Of a stretch of DNA of 64,000 bases, positions 9,453-19,051 are shown piece by piece; the first letter of the stretch is position 1, and every line of letters begins with the position of its first letter. The notes beneath the pieces are model-generated. The model was not told the origin of the DNA. It did no database searches and saw nothing but the letters and a program-made list of their open reading frames with translations. A program made the position numbers and the translations under genes. The stretch covers positions 704,001 through 768,000 of the forward strand of contig OY771506.1 of NCBI GenBank assembly GCA_963674705.1, read 5' to 3'. Source of the stretch: Phycisphaeraceae bacterium. GTDB lineage: Bacteria; Planctomycetota; Phycisphaerae; Phycisphaerales; Phycisphaeraceae.

Positions 9453-9950
9453 ATGCGATCCATACTGACTGCTTCAGCATCCATACTCATCGCCGCCAGC
9501 CTGCTGGTTGCCCCCGGCTGCGAAACCGCGCCCGAAGAAATGCCCTACCAGACCATGGACCTGGCAGAGCCTGTGCCCATGACTTACAAAGCGATCGGCG
9601 GACACCCGGCCCTTTCCGAGCCCGGCGTGCAACTGATCAGCTCGCAAGCACAGCTCGATGCACTCGGTGTCAACGACCTGCTCGGTCGAACGATCAACTT
9701 CAACAACGACGAAGTCATCCTCGCTACCCTCGGCGAAATGCCCACCGCCGGCTACTGGATCAACATCACCGCCGTCAACCAGGAAGGCGACCTCCTCCAG
9801 GTCTACGGCCAAGCCAACCGCCCCACCGAAGACATGGCCGTCGGCCAAATGATCACCTACCCCTACTGCGCCGTCGTCATCCCCAAAACCGGCGCTACAC
9901 AAGTCCGCGACCAGATCGAATCCGTCGAAGGCATGGAACCACCGATGTAA
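9453..9950 (+). CDS. Lipoprotein with PrcB C-terminal-like domain
   Basis: Lipobox VAPGC; LGEMPTAGYWINI and QMITYPY match the PrcB_C pattern. Confidence 0.78.
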   Translation: MRSILTASASILIAASLLVAPGCETAPEEMPYQTMDLAEPVPMTYKAIGGHPALSEPGVQLISSQAQLDALGVNDLLGRTINFNNDEVILATLGEMPTAGYWINITAVNQEGDLLQVYGQANRPTEDMAVGQMITYPYCAVVIPKTGATQVRDQIESVEGMEPPM

Positions 9951-9990
9951 GCCACATCGCGCACTTCGACATCGACCAACCCTATAAACC

Positions 9991-10026
9991 AAAAGCCCGG
10001 TCATAGCCTGCAAGGCTTTGGCCGGG
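9991..10026. terminator. Bidirectional terminator-like hairpin, direct-repeat copy 1
   Basis: aaaagcccggtcatagcctgcaaggctttggccggg followed by a T-rich tail. Confidence 0.75.
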
Positions 10027-10062
10027 TTGTTTTACTTTCACACACCCCAAACAAACTTCGAC

Positions 10063-11517
10063 CTACTCACCCCCCGCTTCATCGCGCCGATACGAATTAA
10101 TCAACGCCGCGATCTCCCTCTGTTTACTTTCCAGCGCTCGGTCGCCCGGTGTGAATCCGATCGCGTCCGGCGCTGCCGGGTCGGCGCCGGCTTCCAGCAG
10201 GATCTTTACGCATTCTTCTTCATAACATATGACCGCTAAATGCAGGGCCGTGAATCCCGGACTGTACTGTTGGTCCGCACCTGCTTTGGCTTCCATGTCA
10301 AAACCGTAGTCGATCAGGAACCGGACGATGTCGGGCCGACCTTTTTCAACCGCCTTATGAAGTAGCGTCCCGGTCGCCGGGTAATCGCACCACGTCTTGC
10401 AGTCGCCTGTCGCATCCAGCTTCTGCCGAAGTTCTTCCCATTCACCGGAGTCGGCGAGCGGCGTGATGACGTGTTCCCACCAGAGATCGGTAATCGTGTA
10501 GCCAAAGACATCTTTATACTCAAACGATTCGCCGGGCCGGTGCCCCTGACCGTCTTTTGCATAAAGATCGCCGCCCGCTTCCAGCAACGGCGGCATCATC
10601 TTGTAGTGCAGGTATTCTCTTGCCAGCCAGTGAACGGGTGTTCTGCCATGCTTATCTTTCTGATGCACATCCGCCCCCGCGTCGATCAGCATCGTCACGA
10701 GCGTCGGGTCGGTCGAGCTGATGTAGCCGAGATAATGAAGCGCCGCTAGGCCATCCTTATCGGTGGCGTTCGGGTCGGCGCCGTGCTTTAGCAGGAATTG
10801 CACCGTGGCGTGCGGCGGCTTGCTCTGCCGAAGCGCCAGCTCAAGGAGCGTCTCGTCACTCATGCCCCCCTTGCCCAGGTTGGGATCGGCGCCGAGCGCG
10901 ACAAGCCGCTGCATCAGCGGGAGGTTATTCCTTACGACCGCATAGCCAAGCATTGTTTGACCCTGCATCGTCTCATCGACGGCATTGATATCGATCGGCT
11001 CCTGCATGATCCGGTCAAACACCGCATTAGGTCCGCCAACAAAAAGAGCGAGCATCGCCGGCGGGCATGCTTGATTGTAGATCGGATACCGCCCCCTGCC
11101 CCAATCAATCGCCAATAGCGGGTCGACCGTCAGCAGGTAATCGACCTCCGCCAGGTTCCCCTGCATGATCGCTTGCACAAACTGTGTCGGCCTGGTCGCT
11201 ATCTGGTTGTAAAGCCGATCAAACCCCCACAATCCCGCCCACGCACACGCCACCAACACCACGGCCGTCACCAGCATGGGCTTGTGCCGGGCGCGGTGAC
11301 CCACCTTCGCGTTAAAGATGTCGTTGTACTTGCCGCATTCAGGACAATCCAGCGGCAACTCCAGACCGTTTAGGTCATACCCGCATTGCCGACACAGCCG
11401 GTGCCGATCCAGATACTTCGCTCGCCCCCCCTTTTTCCAAAGATACAGCGCCACCGGTATCAGCAACAGCGCCACCCACCAGCCAACATGCCACAGATAG
11501 ATGTAGTTATGCGTCAT
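10063..11517 (-). CDS. Membrane-anchored ankyrin-repeat protein with zinc ribbon
   Basis: TM, CRQCGYDL..CPECG, TM, then ankyrin repeats (GRTPVHW, GTLLHKA, GFTALHLA, GADPN). Start set at the ATG at 11517. Confidence 0.88.
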   Translation of the reverse strand: MTHNYIYLWHVGWWVALLLIPVALYLWKKGGRAKYLDRHRLCRQCGYDLNGLELPLDCPECGKYNDIFNAKVGHRARHKPMLVTAVVLVACAWAGLWGFDRLYNQIATRPTQFVQAIMQGNLAEVDYLLTVDPLLAIDWGRGRYPIYNQACPPAMLALFVGGPNAVFDRIMQEPIDINAVDETMQGQTMLGYAVVRNNLPLMQRLVALGADPNLGKGGMSDETLLELALRQSKPPHATVQFLLKHGADPNATDKDGLAALHYLGYISSTDPTLVTMLIDAGADVHQKDKHGRTPVHWLAREYLHYKMMPPLLEAGGDLYAKDGQGHRPGESFEYKDVFGYTITDLWWEHVITPLADSGEWEELRQKLDATGDCKTWCDYPATGTLLHKAVEKGRPDIVRFLIDYGFDMEAKAGADQQYSPGFTALHLAVICYEEECVKILLEAGADPAAPDAIGFTPGDRALESKQREIAALINSYRRDEAGGE

Positions 11518-11637
11518 CCAAACCCCACAACGAACCGGACCAGCCCCATCATATATAAGGACGTTGCCGATCAGACAACGATGACATGCTAACCTATGAA
11601 TCCCCGCAAAAATGCCGTTCGGCCCGAATACAAACAA

Positions 11638-11673
11638 AAAAGCCCGGTCATAGCCTGCAAGGCTTTGGCCGGG
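11638..11673. repeat. Direct-repeat copy 2
   Basis: Identical 36-mer to 9991-10026. Confidence 0.9.
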
Positions 11674-11783
11674 ATTCTTTTTCCCAGAACCAATGCCCCC
11701 AACTCAATCCCACCAGCCCCCGCTATTACCGGACCGCACCCGACTAACCGATCTAACCCTCATAAACAGCCGATGTACTTCGC

Positions 11784-13076
11784 ATGGAATTAAACGGCCT
11801 GACAACCGCGCGATCGACGCGGCGGGTGTTGATGTTAGCCCACCGCGTCCCCTTCCCGCCCGACCGGGGCGACCGCATCCGCGCCTATCACATGCTCAAA
11901 CTCCTATCGCGCCACTTCGAGGTCGGCCTCGCGTGCGTCAGCGATGAAGAAGTCAGCATCGAACAGCAGCGGGTCCTTAGCCAACTCGCCGGACGGCTCG
12001 CCATCCAGAAGACCAACCCCCTTGTCGGCAAGGCACGCGGCGTGTCGGGCCTCATGCGCGGCGAAGCCGTCACGCCCAACCTTTTCTACGATCCGAAACT
12101 CGCAAGGAAGATCATCAACTGGCACGCCAAGCGCCCGTTCGACGCGGTACTCACCTTCTGCACCGGCATGATCCGCTACGCACGCATGCTGACGCACCCC
12201 GCGCATCGCCCGCCGCAGTTCGCTCGCACGCGCCCGATCCATGTGCTCGACCTGGTCGACGTCGATTCACAGAAGTGGGCCGCCTACGCCAAGAACGCGC
12301 ACGGCCCGATGAAGTGGATCTACACCAAGGAAGCCGAACGCATCGCACGCATCGAATCAGGCATCGAAGACCGCTTCGACCGCATCAGCGTCATCAGCCA
12401 GCCCGAAGCAAACACCTATCGGCAATACCTCCGCGACCACCCGGGCCTCGCCGTCGTCGAGAACGGTGTCGACCTGAAGTATTTCGCGCCGCGCCCCGAT
12501 GTCAGCAGCGAAACAATCGTCTTCGTCGGCGTGCTCAACTACAAACCCAACATCGAAGCGGTGCAGTGGTTTGTCAAGAAAGTCCTACCGTACGTGCATC
12601 GCAAGCATCCAAACGCGGTGTTCAAAATCGTCGGCAAAAACCCGGGCCCGAAGGTCAAAGCGCTGCGTCACCACAAGGGCGTTGAAGTCGTCGGCACGGT
12701 TCCCGATGTCAGGCCATACCTCGAACAGGCCGCCGCCGTCGTCGCGCCGCTTAAGGTCGCGCGTGGCGTGCAGAATAAAGTCCTCGAAGCCATGGCCTGC
12801 CGGCGCGCCGTCGTCTGCTCACCCGAAGCCGCCAACGGCATCCGCGCTTTGCCCGGCCGCCATCTTTTGGTAGCGGATCACCCCAAGCTCTTCGCGCGTT
12901 ACGTGCGTGGTCTTATCCGTGACGATCACTACCGCCAGCAGGTCGCCGCCGCAGCACGGCGTTGCGTCGAGCGCCGTTACGCCTGGCCGCAGGCACTCGG
13001 CCCGATGATCGAATTACTCGGTGGTTCGCGCAGCGAATGGGGATCGGTCACGCCGCCGCTCGCGATTGCAGCGTAA
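11784..13076 (+). CDS. GT4 glycosyltransferase, PEP-CTERM/XrtA-system type (TIGR03087-like)
   Basis: AHRVPFPPDRGDRIR, DLVDVDSQKW, ARGVQNKVLEAMA. Confidence 0.9.
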   Translation: MELNGLTTARSTRRVLMLAHRVPFPPDRGDRIRAYHMLKLLSRHFEVGLACVSDEEVSIEQQRVLSQLAGRLAIQKTNPLVGKARGVSGLMRGEAVTPNLFYDPKLARKIINWHAKRPFDAVLTFCTGMIRYARMLTHPAHRPPQFARTRPIHVLDLVDVDSQKWAAYAKNAHGPMKWIYTKEAERIARIESGIEDRFDRISVISQPEANTYRQYLRDHPGLAVVENGVDLKYFAPRPDVSSETIVFVGVLNYKPNIEAVQWFVKKVLPYVHRKHPNAVFKIVGKNPGPKVKALRHHKGVEVVGTVPDVRPYLEQAAAVVAPLKVARGVQNKVLEAMACRRAVVCSPEAANGIRALPGRHLLVADHPKLFARYVRGLIRDDHYRQQVAAAARRCVERRYAWPQALGPMIELLGGSRSEWGSVTPPLAIAA

Positions 13077-14025
13077 AAACCCCTGCGTTTTCAGCTATAT
13101 CCTCAAACGTCTCAAGATGCTCGGCGATCGGCCGCCAGGTGCTTTGCGCCCCCGATTCATCAAACGCCTGGATCACATGCTCGAGCTTTTTCGCCGCGCT
13201 CTTAAGCCCCGTATACGTCCGCAGTCGACCCGTCGCGCTCAATGGCATCTTCGGCATACCGGGATCAAACTCCCAAGGATGGAAGTACAACACCGCCGGC
13301 CGCTTCTCAACAGCCGCCTGACGCAAACCGCGCTTCATCAATGACAACGGCAACAACCGGAAGTACCCGCCGCCCGCGACCGCAAGATTCTTCCCGCCCA
13401 CGCGCCACGTCAACGGCGGCAACTCAAGCAGCCGCTTACCCGTTGCACTCGAACGAATAAAGTATGGCCGATCCGGCGCATCCGGCACGCCGTAACTCGG
13501 ATGACTCACCGGGAATACCGAAGCATCGTAACGCAGCCCCGCCTCGGCCAGCACATCCACCGCCCAGCTCGTCTGCCTCGTCACCGACCACGTCGGCGCG
13601 CGATACCCAAGCACGGGCCTGCCCGTCTGATCTTCAAGCACCCGCTTGCTCTCACAGACATCGCACAACATCGACTCCGCCGTCAACCGGTGCAGCCGAT
13701 CGTGCATCGAACCATGCGAGCCCACCTCGTGCCCAAGCTGGACACACCTGCGCGCCAGCTTCGGATGCCGCTTCGCGATGCTGCCCAGAAAGAAGAACGT
13801 CGCCCGACACCCCGTGCGATCGAACAGATCAAACAGCAAATCCATGTTCCGCTCGACGCGCGAGGGCCAATCATCCCACCGCCCGGGCCCGACCGCATCG
13901 TACGCCGCCTCGATCTGAAAGTACTCCTCCACATCGATGCTGATGCAGCGGATCGGCGCAGCACTTGCCTGCCCGGCAGCCCCGCGCTCAAAAGCTTCAA
14001 ATAAGTTGCCTTGTTCTTGAGCCAT
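13048..14025 (-). CDS. XrtA-system polysaccharide deacetylase (DUF3473)
   Basis: SIDVEEYFQ, GHEVGSHG..H, GYRAP, GGGYFRL, YFHPWEFDP. Confidence 0.9.
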   Translation of the reverse strand: MAQEQGNLFEAFERGAAGQASAAPIRCISIDVEEYFQIEAAYDAVGPGRWDDWPSRVERNMDLLFDLFDRTGCRATFFFLGSIAKRHPKLARRCVQLGHEVGSHGSMHDRLHRLTAESMLCDVCESKRVLEDQTGRPVLGYRAPTWSVTRQTSWAVDVLAEAGLRYDASVFPVSHPSYGVPDAPDRPYFIRSSATGKRLLELPPLTWRVGGKNLAVAGGGYFRLLPLSLMKRGLRQAAVEKRPAVLYFHPWEFDPGMPKMPLSATGRLRTYTGLKSAAKKLEHVIQAFDESGAQSTWRPIAEHLETFEDIAENAGVFTLQSRAAA

Positions 14026-14398
14026 ACCGATCCTGGCGGTTTTCACGAATCCCGCTACGAACATCGACCACCGCCGACCGATCGGTTGTGATTTTGGCCT
14101 TTAAAGCCATTTGAGGCCGGTAAAAAAAGGAAAACCGTTGACCAGCCGGCAGTTATTATGATATTATCAGCCTGGCTTGTGTGGTTCGGATCTAACCTGA
14201 TAAGGGAACCCCCAAGGGCCGATAATCGGATCCGCCACATCATCATTGTGCGACATGTAATTATCACCGGGATGGACCGTTGTGCATCTCAGCCCGGCTT
14301 GGCGGATTGAAATCAACAAACGCGTTTGCATACAAACAGGGCGGCCGCGCGTTTGATATCAGCCCATTTCGAAGATCATGTACATAAGGGCATGCATC

Positions 14399-15250
14399 AT
14401 GAACAAGCGAAGTAACAGCCTTCCGGGATTCACCCTCATCGAACTGCTCGTCGTCATCTCCATCATCGCGCTGCTCGTCGGCATCCTGCTCCCGGCCCTC
14501 GGCGCCGCACGCAAGAGCGCCCAACGCATCAAGTGCCTCAGCAACGCTCGACAGGTCGCTCTCGCCGAGGTGTCCTACAGCACCGACAACGGCGAGTTCA
14601 TCATCAACTACAAAAGCAACCTCAAGTCCCGGCCCGACGGCGACATCGCCAATGATGACAAGTGGTGGTGGTCCTCCAAGCTCGTGCTCGACGGCTACCT
14701 GCCCGGTATCGAGTCCTTCACCTGCCCAAGCTTTGAAATCTCCGGCGGTGAAGGCACGGCCAGACCCGTCACCGACTACTATGAAGCCGAAGTGGAATCT
14801 GCCTTAGGCCCAAGACTGTACTGGTGGGGCCGTGTGCACTACGGCGTCAACGTCTACTTCCTCAACACACGCATCGGCCACCCCCTCGAGTCCGACCCTG
14901 CGACCGAGCCCGAACGACGAAACCAGTCCGCACGTGAATCCGAGGTCCGAAACCCCTCCGCGACCAACATGCTCATGGACTCGATCTACGAACGCGACAT
15001 CCAGGAGAAGAACCGCTACTGGGGCATGGCCTACATCTTCCCGTCGTGGGACCCGCCTCACCTTCAGGTCGGCCACGCCGACGCTCGCCACCAGAACTCC
15101 ATCAACGTCGGATACGCCGACGGCCACGGCGAAAACGTACAGGTCTCCGATAAGGAAAACCCCTTCCACGAAGATGAGTTGACGGACATCCGCAACACCG
15201 GAGGCCGAACGTGGGGCGATCCCGACAATAACAAGTGGGACCTCAAGTAA
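14399..15250 (+). CDS. Prepilin-type N-terminal cleavage/methylation protein with H-X9-DG motif
   Basis: [43 protein letters not shown]. Confidence 0.92.
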   Translation: MNKRSNSLPGFTLIELLVVISIIALLVGILLPALGAARKSAQRIKCLSNARQVALAEVSYSTDNGEFIINYKSNLKSRPDGDIANDDKWWWSSKLVLDGYLPGIESFTCPSFEISGGEGTARPVTDYYEAEVESALGPRLYWWGRVHYGVNVYFLNTRIGHPLESDPATEPERRNQSARESEVRNPSATNMLMDSIYERDIQEKNRYWGMAYIFPSWDPPHLQVGHADARHQNSINVGYADGHGENVQVSDKENPFHEDELTDIRNTGGRTWGDPDNNKWDLK

Positions 15251-15274
15251 TCCAACACACTTGGATATCCCTGC

Positions 15275-15300
15275 AAACCGGCCCAACGGGTCGGTTTTTT
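15275..15300 (+). terminator. Rho-independent terminator
   Basis: aaaccggccc-aac-gggtcggttttt. Confidence 0.75.
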
Positions 15301-15355
15301 ACAGGCCCGCAAAGGCCGCCTTGCATACTCACCCAATCACAGGCATATTGTCCCC

Positions 15356-16594
15356 ATGCTTAACTACATCTGGGCCGGTCTGATCATCATCAGTGTCATC
15401 TTCGCCCTCTGGCAGGATGGCTCTGACTTCGTTAACCACCGATATCGCAACGGCGACGCCTTGAGCGTCGAGATACAAGGGCTGCCCCCGGACTATGAAG
15501 CGCAGGACTCGCTTAAAAATGTCGAGGTAACGGTCCAAATCGATCCCGATGAATACCTGGCGTTCTTCGACCCCATCGGGCAGATGGGATACGCCGACGA
15601 TTCACCTGAAGCAGCAAAACTCCGCAAACAGGTTGTGGACTTCTTCAATAAACCTCTGCCCGCGACCTTGAAAACCTCCGACAAGGGTCGGGAGTTGTAT
15701 ATCACTAAGCCTACATCCCTGCCGGTACCTTTAGATGCTATTTACGGCATCCACAAAAGCGATACCGATGATCTACCCGCGCTCATCACCTCATGGGATT
15801 CATTTGAAGTTACCAAGCCCGAAATTAAAGCCGACGAAACATCCCCGACAACCGAAGCATCGTCAGAACAACGCGAAGCGGTTGCCGAGGTAACGGCAGA
15901 GACCACCGAGTCAACCGAAGTATCTACCGAAGTGACAACCGAACCTGCCGAGGAGCTGGAGCCCGCATCTGCTACCGCAACCGCAACTGCATATATCACG
16001 TTCGGGCATACCGGCTTCGTCAAGATGCACACTATCGGTGAGGTCATGTTCAAGAAAGCCAAAGGCGCTGTTACGCTGGCACTCGAACTGATCGGTGTGA
16101 TTGCATTGTGGATGGGCATGATGAAGATCGCGGAAAACTCGGGCCTGATCGATATCTTTGTCAAGATCGTCCGGCCCGTGCTCAGCCCCCTGTTTCCGCA
16201 ACTGCCCAAGGACCACCCCGCGCTGGGTTTGATCGCGCTGAACCTCGCCGCCAACATGCTCGGGCTGGGTAACGCGGCCACACCGTTTGGGATAAAGGCC
16301 ATGGAGTCTCTGCAGGAGCTTAATCCCGAGAAAGACACCGCCACCAACAGCATGATCATGCTGTTGGCTATCAATACCGCTGGCGTCCAACTCATCCCGC
16401 CCGTCACTCTGATCGCTATCCTTGGCATCGCCGCCGGTGATGTGTTTGTACCCATCCTGATCGTAACCGGTCTATCCATGGTCATCGCGATCGTCACGAC
16501 GATACTGCTTAGCCGGATGAAAATGTTCAAAAAATCAGACCCCATGCGTAACGGCCCCGTGAAGCCTCAAACCGTTGAAGGAGGGGCCGCCTGA
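15356..16594 (+). CDS. spmA: SpmA-family (nucleoside-recognition Gate domain) membrane protein with a large extracytoplasmic insertion
   Basis: MLNYIW start; LWMGMMKIAE; ANMLGLGNAATPFGIKAMESLQELNP; LAINTA. Confidence 0.88.
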   Translation: MLNYIWAGLIIISVIFALWQDGSDFVNHRYRNGDALSVEIQGLPPDYEAQDSLKNVEVTVQIDPDEYLAFFDPIGQMGYADDSPEAAKLRKQVVDFFNKPLPATLKTSDKGRELYITKPTSLPVPLDAIYGIHKSDTDDLPALITSWDSFEVTKPEIKADETSPTTEASSEQREAVAEVTAETTESTEVSTEVTTEPAEELEPASATATATAYITFGHTGFVKMHTIGEVMFKKAKGAVTLALELIGVIALWMGMMKIAENSGLIDIFVKIVRPVLSPLFPQLPKDHPALGLIALNLAANMLGLGNAATPFGIKAMESLQELNPEKDTATNSMIMLLAINTAGVQLIPPVTLIAILGIAAGDVFVPILIVTGLSMVIAIVTTILLSRMKMFKKSDPMRNGPVKPQTVEGGAA

Positions 16595-17136
16595 TGGAAG
16601 TTTTCCAAACTTATTCCAGTTACTTTGCCACCATCATCATGCCGCTACTGGTCTGCCTCATCCCTTTGTACGGCATGATCAAGGGCGTGAAGGTTTATGA
16701 ATCATTCGTCGAAGGCGCCAAGGAAGGCTTCAAGATCGGCGTCATGATCATCCCCTACCTGGTCGCGATCTTCGTGGCGATCAATATGTTCAAAGAATCC
16801 GGCGCGATGGAGATGATGCAAAACGCGCTACGTCCCGTGCTCAGCTTTGTCGGCTTCCCGCCCGAACTTGTGCCTATGGCAATCATCCGACCGCTTACAG
16901 GCAGCGGTTCGTCCGCCGTCGTCGCCGACATGGCGCAACAGTACGGCACAGACTCTCCCCTCACGCGCATGGCAGGAACCATGTTCGGCTCAACCGAAAC
17001 AACCCTCTATGTCCTGGCGGTCTACTTTGGTGCAGTTAATGTGAAAAAGACACGCTTCGCCCTTGCCGCAGGCCTCATCGCCGACGCCGCCGCGATCTTT
17101 TTAAGTGTTTATGTGATCCGGCTGATGTTCGGTTGA
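16594..17136 (+). CDS. spmB: SpmB-family membrane protein
   Basis: VKVYESFVEGAKEG, RPLTGSGS, GSTETTLYVLAVYFG; TGATG coupling to spmA. Confidence 0.9.
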   Translation: MEVFQTYSSYFATIIMPLLVCLIPLYGMIKGVKVYESFVEGAKEGFKIGVMIIPYLVAIFVAINMFKESGAMEMMQNALRPVLSFVGFPPELVPMAIIRPLTGSGSSAVVADMAQQYGTDSPLTRMAGTMFGSTETTLYVLAVYFGAVNVKKTRFALAAGLIADAAAIFLSVYVIRLMFG

Positions 17137-17192
17137 GCAAAGAATAATTACTTCACGCCACACGTTTCTTTTCCCTCGGATTGAGTACATTC

Positions 17193-18704
17193 ATGCCATA
17201 TACATTTTTAAAACGTAACCACTCGTTTGCTTCTGCTCTTCTGTTCAGCGTCTTAGCGTTGACGCTCTCCGGCTGCCTCGGCCGAGGCACCGTCGATGAG
17301 CCGACCCAACTTTCACTCGCCGAAAAACTCGACACAATCCTGCACAGCAAGGCAGACACCGGCGCGATCGTCTCCGCTCGCTTCGTCGAAGTACCCAGCG
17401 GCAACGTCATCTACGAAACCGAAAACACCGACTATCCGTTCAAGCCCGCGAGCAACATGAAACTCACCGTCACGTCCGCCGGCCTGGACTTCTACGGCTC
17501 GGACCACACCTTCAAAACCTACCTCGCGCTCGACGGTAAAGACCTCTGGATCATCGGGACAGGCGACCCCGCGACCGGTGACCCGAGACTCGCCAAAGCA
17601 GCCGGTGGCGACCCGACCACCATGCTCGGTGATTGGGCCAAAGCCCTCAAAGATCGCGGCATCACGCAGATCGACGGCGACATCGTCTACGACGATCTCA
17701 TCTTCGATAAGTTCTACATCCACCCGTCGTGGTGGCCCAGCAACCTCCTGCACTGGTACGCGGCCCCGGTCTCCGGCCTCGCGTTCAACGATAACTGCGT
17801 CGACATCACAGTCACCCCGGCAGAAGAAGGCGAGCCCGCCAACTACACCGTCATGCCCCCGGTCGAGAACATCGAGGTCATCAACAACACGATCTGCGGC
17901 GGTGAAGAAAACAACCCTTCAATCGTCAAGAAAACCGGCGGCAACATCTACGTCATCTCGGGCCCGGTCACCAAAGAAACCGAACTGAAAAGTAAACCCG
18001 TCGAAGACCCCGGCGCGTTCTTCGCCGATGCACTGAAAACAAAACTGAAAGCCGAAGGCATCGAAGTGACGGGCAAAATCCGCCGCGCCGAAGCGCACCT
18101 CGATGGCAGCCTGGTCCCCTCCGATGACAAGATCGTCGCGGTCCACGAATCCACGATCGCGGATGTGCTCTCGCGCATCAACAAGCAGAGCCAGAACCTG
18201 TTCGCCGAAATGCTCTGTAAGTCGATGGGACATGACTATCAACTTAAGCGTGGTAAAAACGAGCCCGGCTCCTGGCTAAACGGCAGCTTCGTGATCGAAA
18301 AGTTCTTCGCAGAACACGGCATCAACGCGCACCCGCTCGTCGTCACCGACGGCTCGGGACTCAGCGATAACAACCGCGTCACCACCAAGATGATCAGCGA
18401 AATATTCCTTGTGATGCACGACCACAAGGACGCCAAGGTCTTCTGGGACAGCCTCACCATCGGCGGCATCGACGGCACGATCGGTAGCCGATTCAAAGAG
18501 GTAAAAGGTAGAGTACGTGGCAAGACCGGCTTCATCGACGGCGTCCGCTCACTCTCCGGCTACGTCGAAACCGACGCCGGCCCCACCGTCATCTTCTCCA
18601 TCATCTATAACCAGATCCCCGATTCCGTCAAACCCTTCGAGCAACTGCAAGACGAAGCCGTCATGCTCATCATGCACGAATACAAACCCACCGATACGCA
18701 ATAA
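17193..18704 (+). CDS. dacB: D-Ala-D-Ala carboxypeptidase/endopeptidase, peptidase S13 (lipoprotein)
   Basis: Lipobox LSGC; PASNMK, SQN, DGSGLS, KTG. Confidence 0.92.
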   Translation: MPYTFLKRNHSFASALLFSVLALTLSGCLGRGTVDEPTQLSLAEKLDTILHSKADTGAIVSARFVEVPSGNVIYETENTDYPFKPASNMKLTVTSAGLDFYGSDHTFKTYLALDGKDLWIIGTGDPATGDPRLAKAAGGDPTTMLGDWAKALKDRGITQIDGDIVYDDLIFDKFYIHPSWWPSNLLHWYAAPVSGLAFNDNCVDITVTPAEEGEPANYTVMPPVENIEVINNTICGGEENNPSIVKKTGGNIYVISGPVTKETELKSKPVEDPGAFFADALKTKLKAEGIEVTGKIRRAEAHLDGSLVPSDDKIVAVHESTIADVLSRINKQSQNLFAEMLCKSMGHDYQLKRGKNEPGSWLNGSFVIEKFFAEHGINAHPLVVTDGSGLSDNNRVTTKMISEIFLVMHDHKDAKVFWDSLTIGGIDGTIGSRFKEVKGRVRGKTGFIDGVRSLSGYVETDAGPTVIFSIIYNQIPDSVKPFEQLQDEAVMLIMHEYKPTDTQ

Positions 18705-18717
18705 CGTGCCCTTTCAA

Positions 18718-18878
18718 TAGCCGCGAGCTGCCAGCTCGCGCGCCAATGAACAGCCCCCACATATAGCCCGACCACCGCGGTCGGGTTTTTCTTTTACCCC
18801 TATTTTTCCCGATAAAAACGCTCGCTCGGCGCGGGCCTCCCGACCCCGCCGCCCCCTTAGCCCCCGGCTTGCCGGGGG
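18718..18878. repeat. Cluster of palindromes including a terminator at about 18766-18795
   Basis: cgcgagctg-c-cagctcgcg; cccgacc-accgc-ggtcggg-tttttctttt; cccccggc-tt-gccgggg. Confidence 0.65.
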
Positions 18879-18994
18879 TACCCAACCCGCACTTCATTCA
18901 ACAACAAACAACACACCCCATCAGCCGGGACCAAAGGTCTAGCTATAGCACGAACCAAAAGCCCGAATCCCATCCCCTCACCAACCCCGCTCAA

Positions 18995-19023
18995 GACATC
19001 TAATATAAGTTATATTAGATGTC
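18995..19023. repeat. Perfect AT-rich 14-bp inverted repeat
   Basis: gacatctaatataa-g-ttatattagatgtc. Confidence 0.85.
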
Positions 19024-19051
19024 GTAAAGCAAACCCACCGCACAACCGCCC

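Noticed and set aside
14198..14226. Sigma28-like GCCGATAA here, and CCGAT motifs upstream of the EPS genes
   Set aside because: Spacing to a TAAA-like -35 element is inconsistent between sites, so the signal is too weak to call.
15356..17136. Sporulation inferred from spmAB
   Set aside because: SpmAB homologues occur in non-sporulating bacteria, and no other sporulation genes are present.
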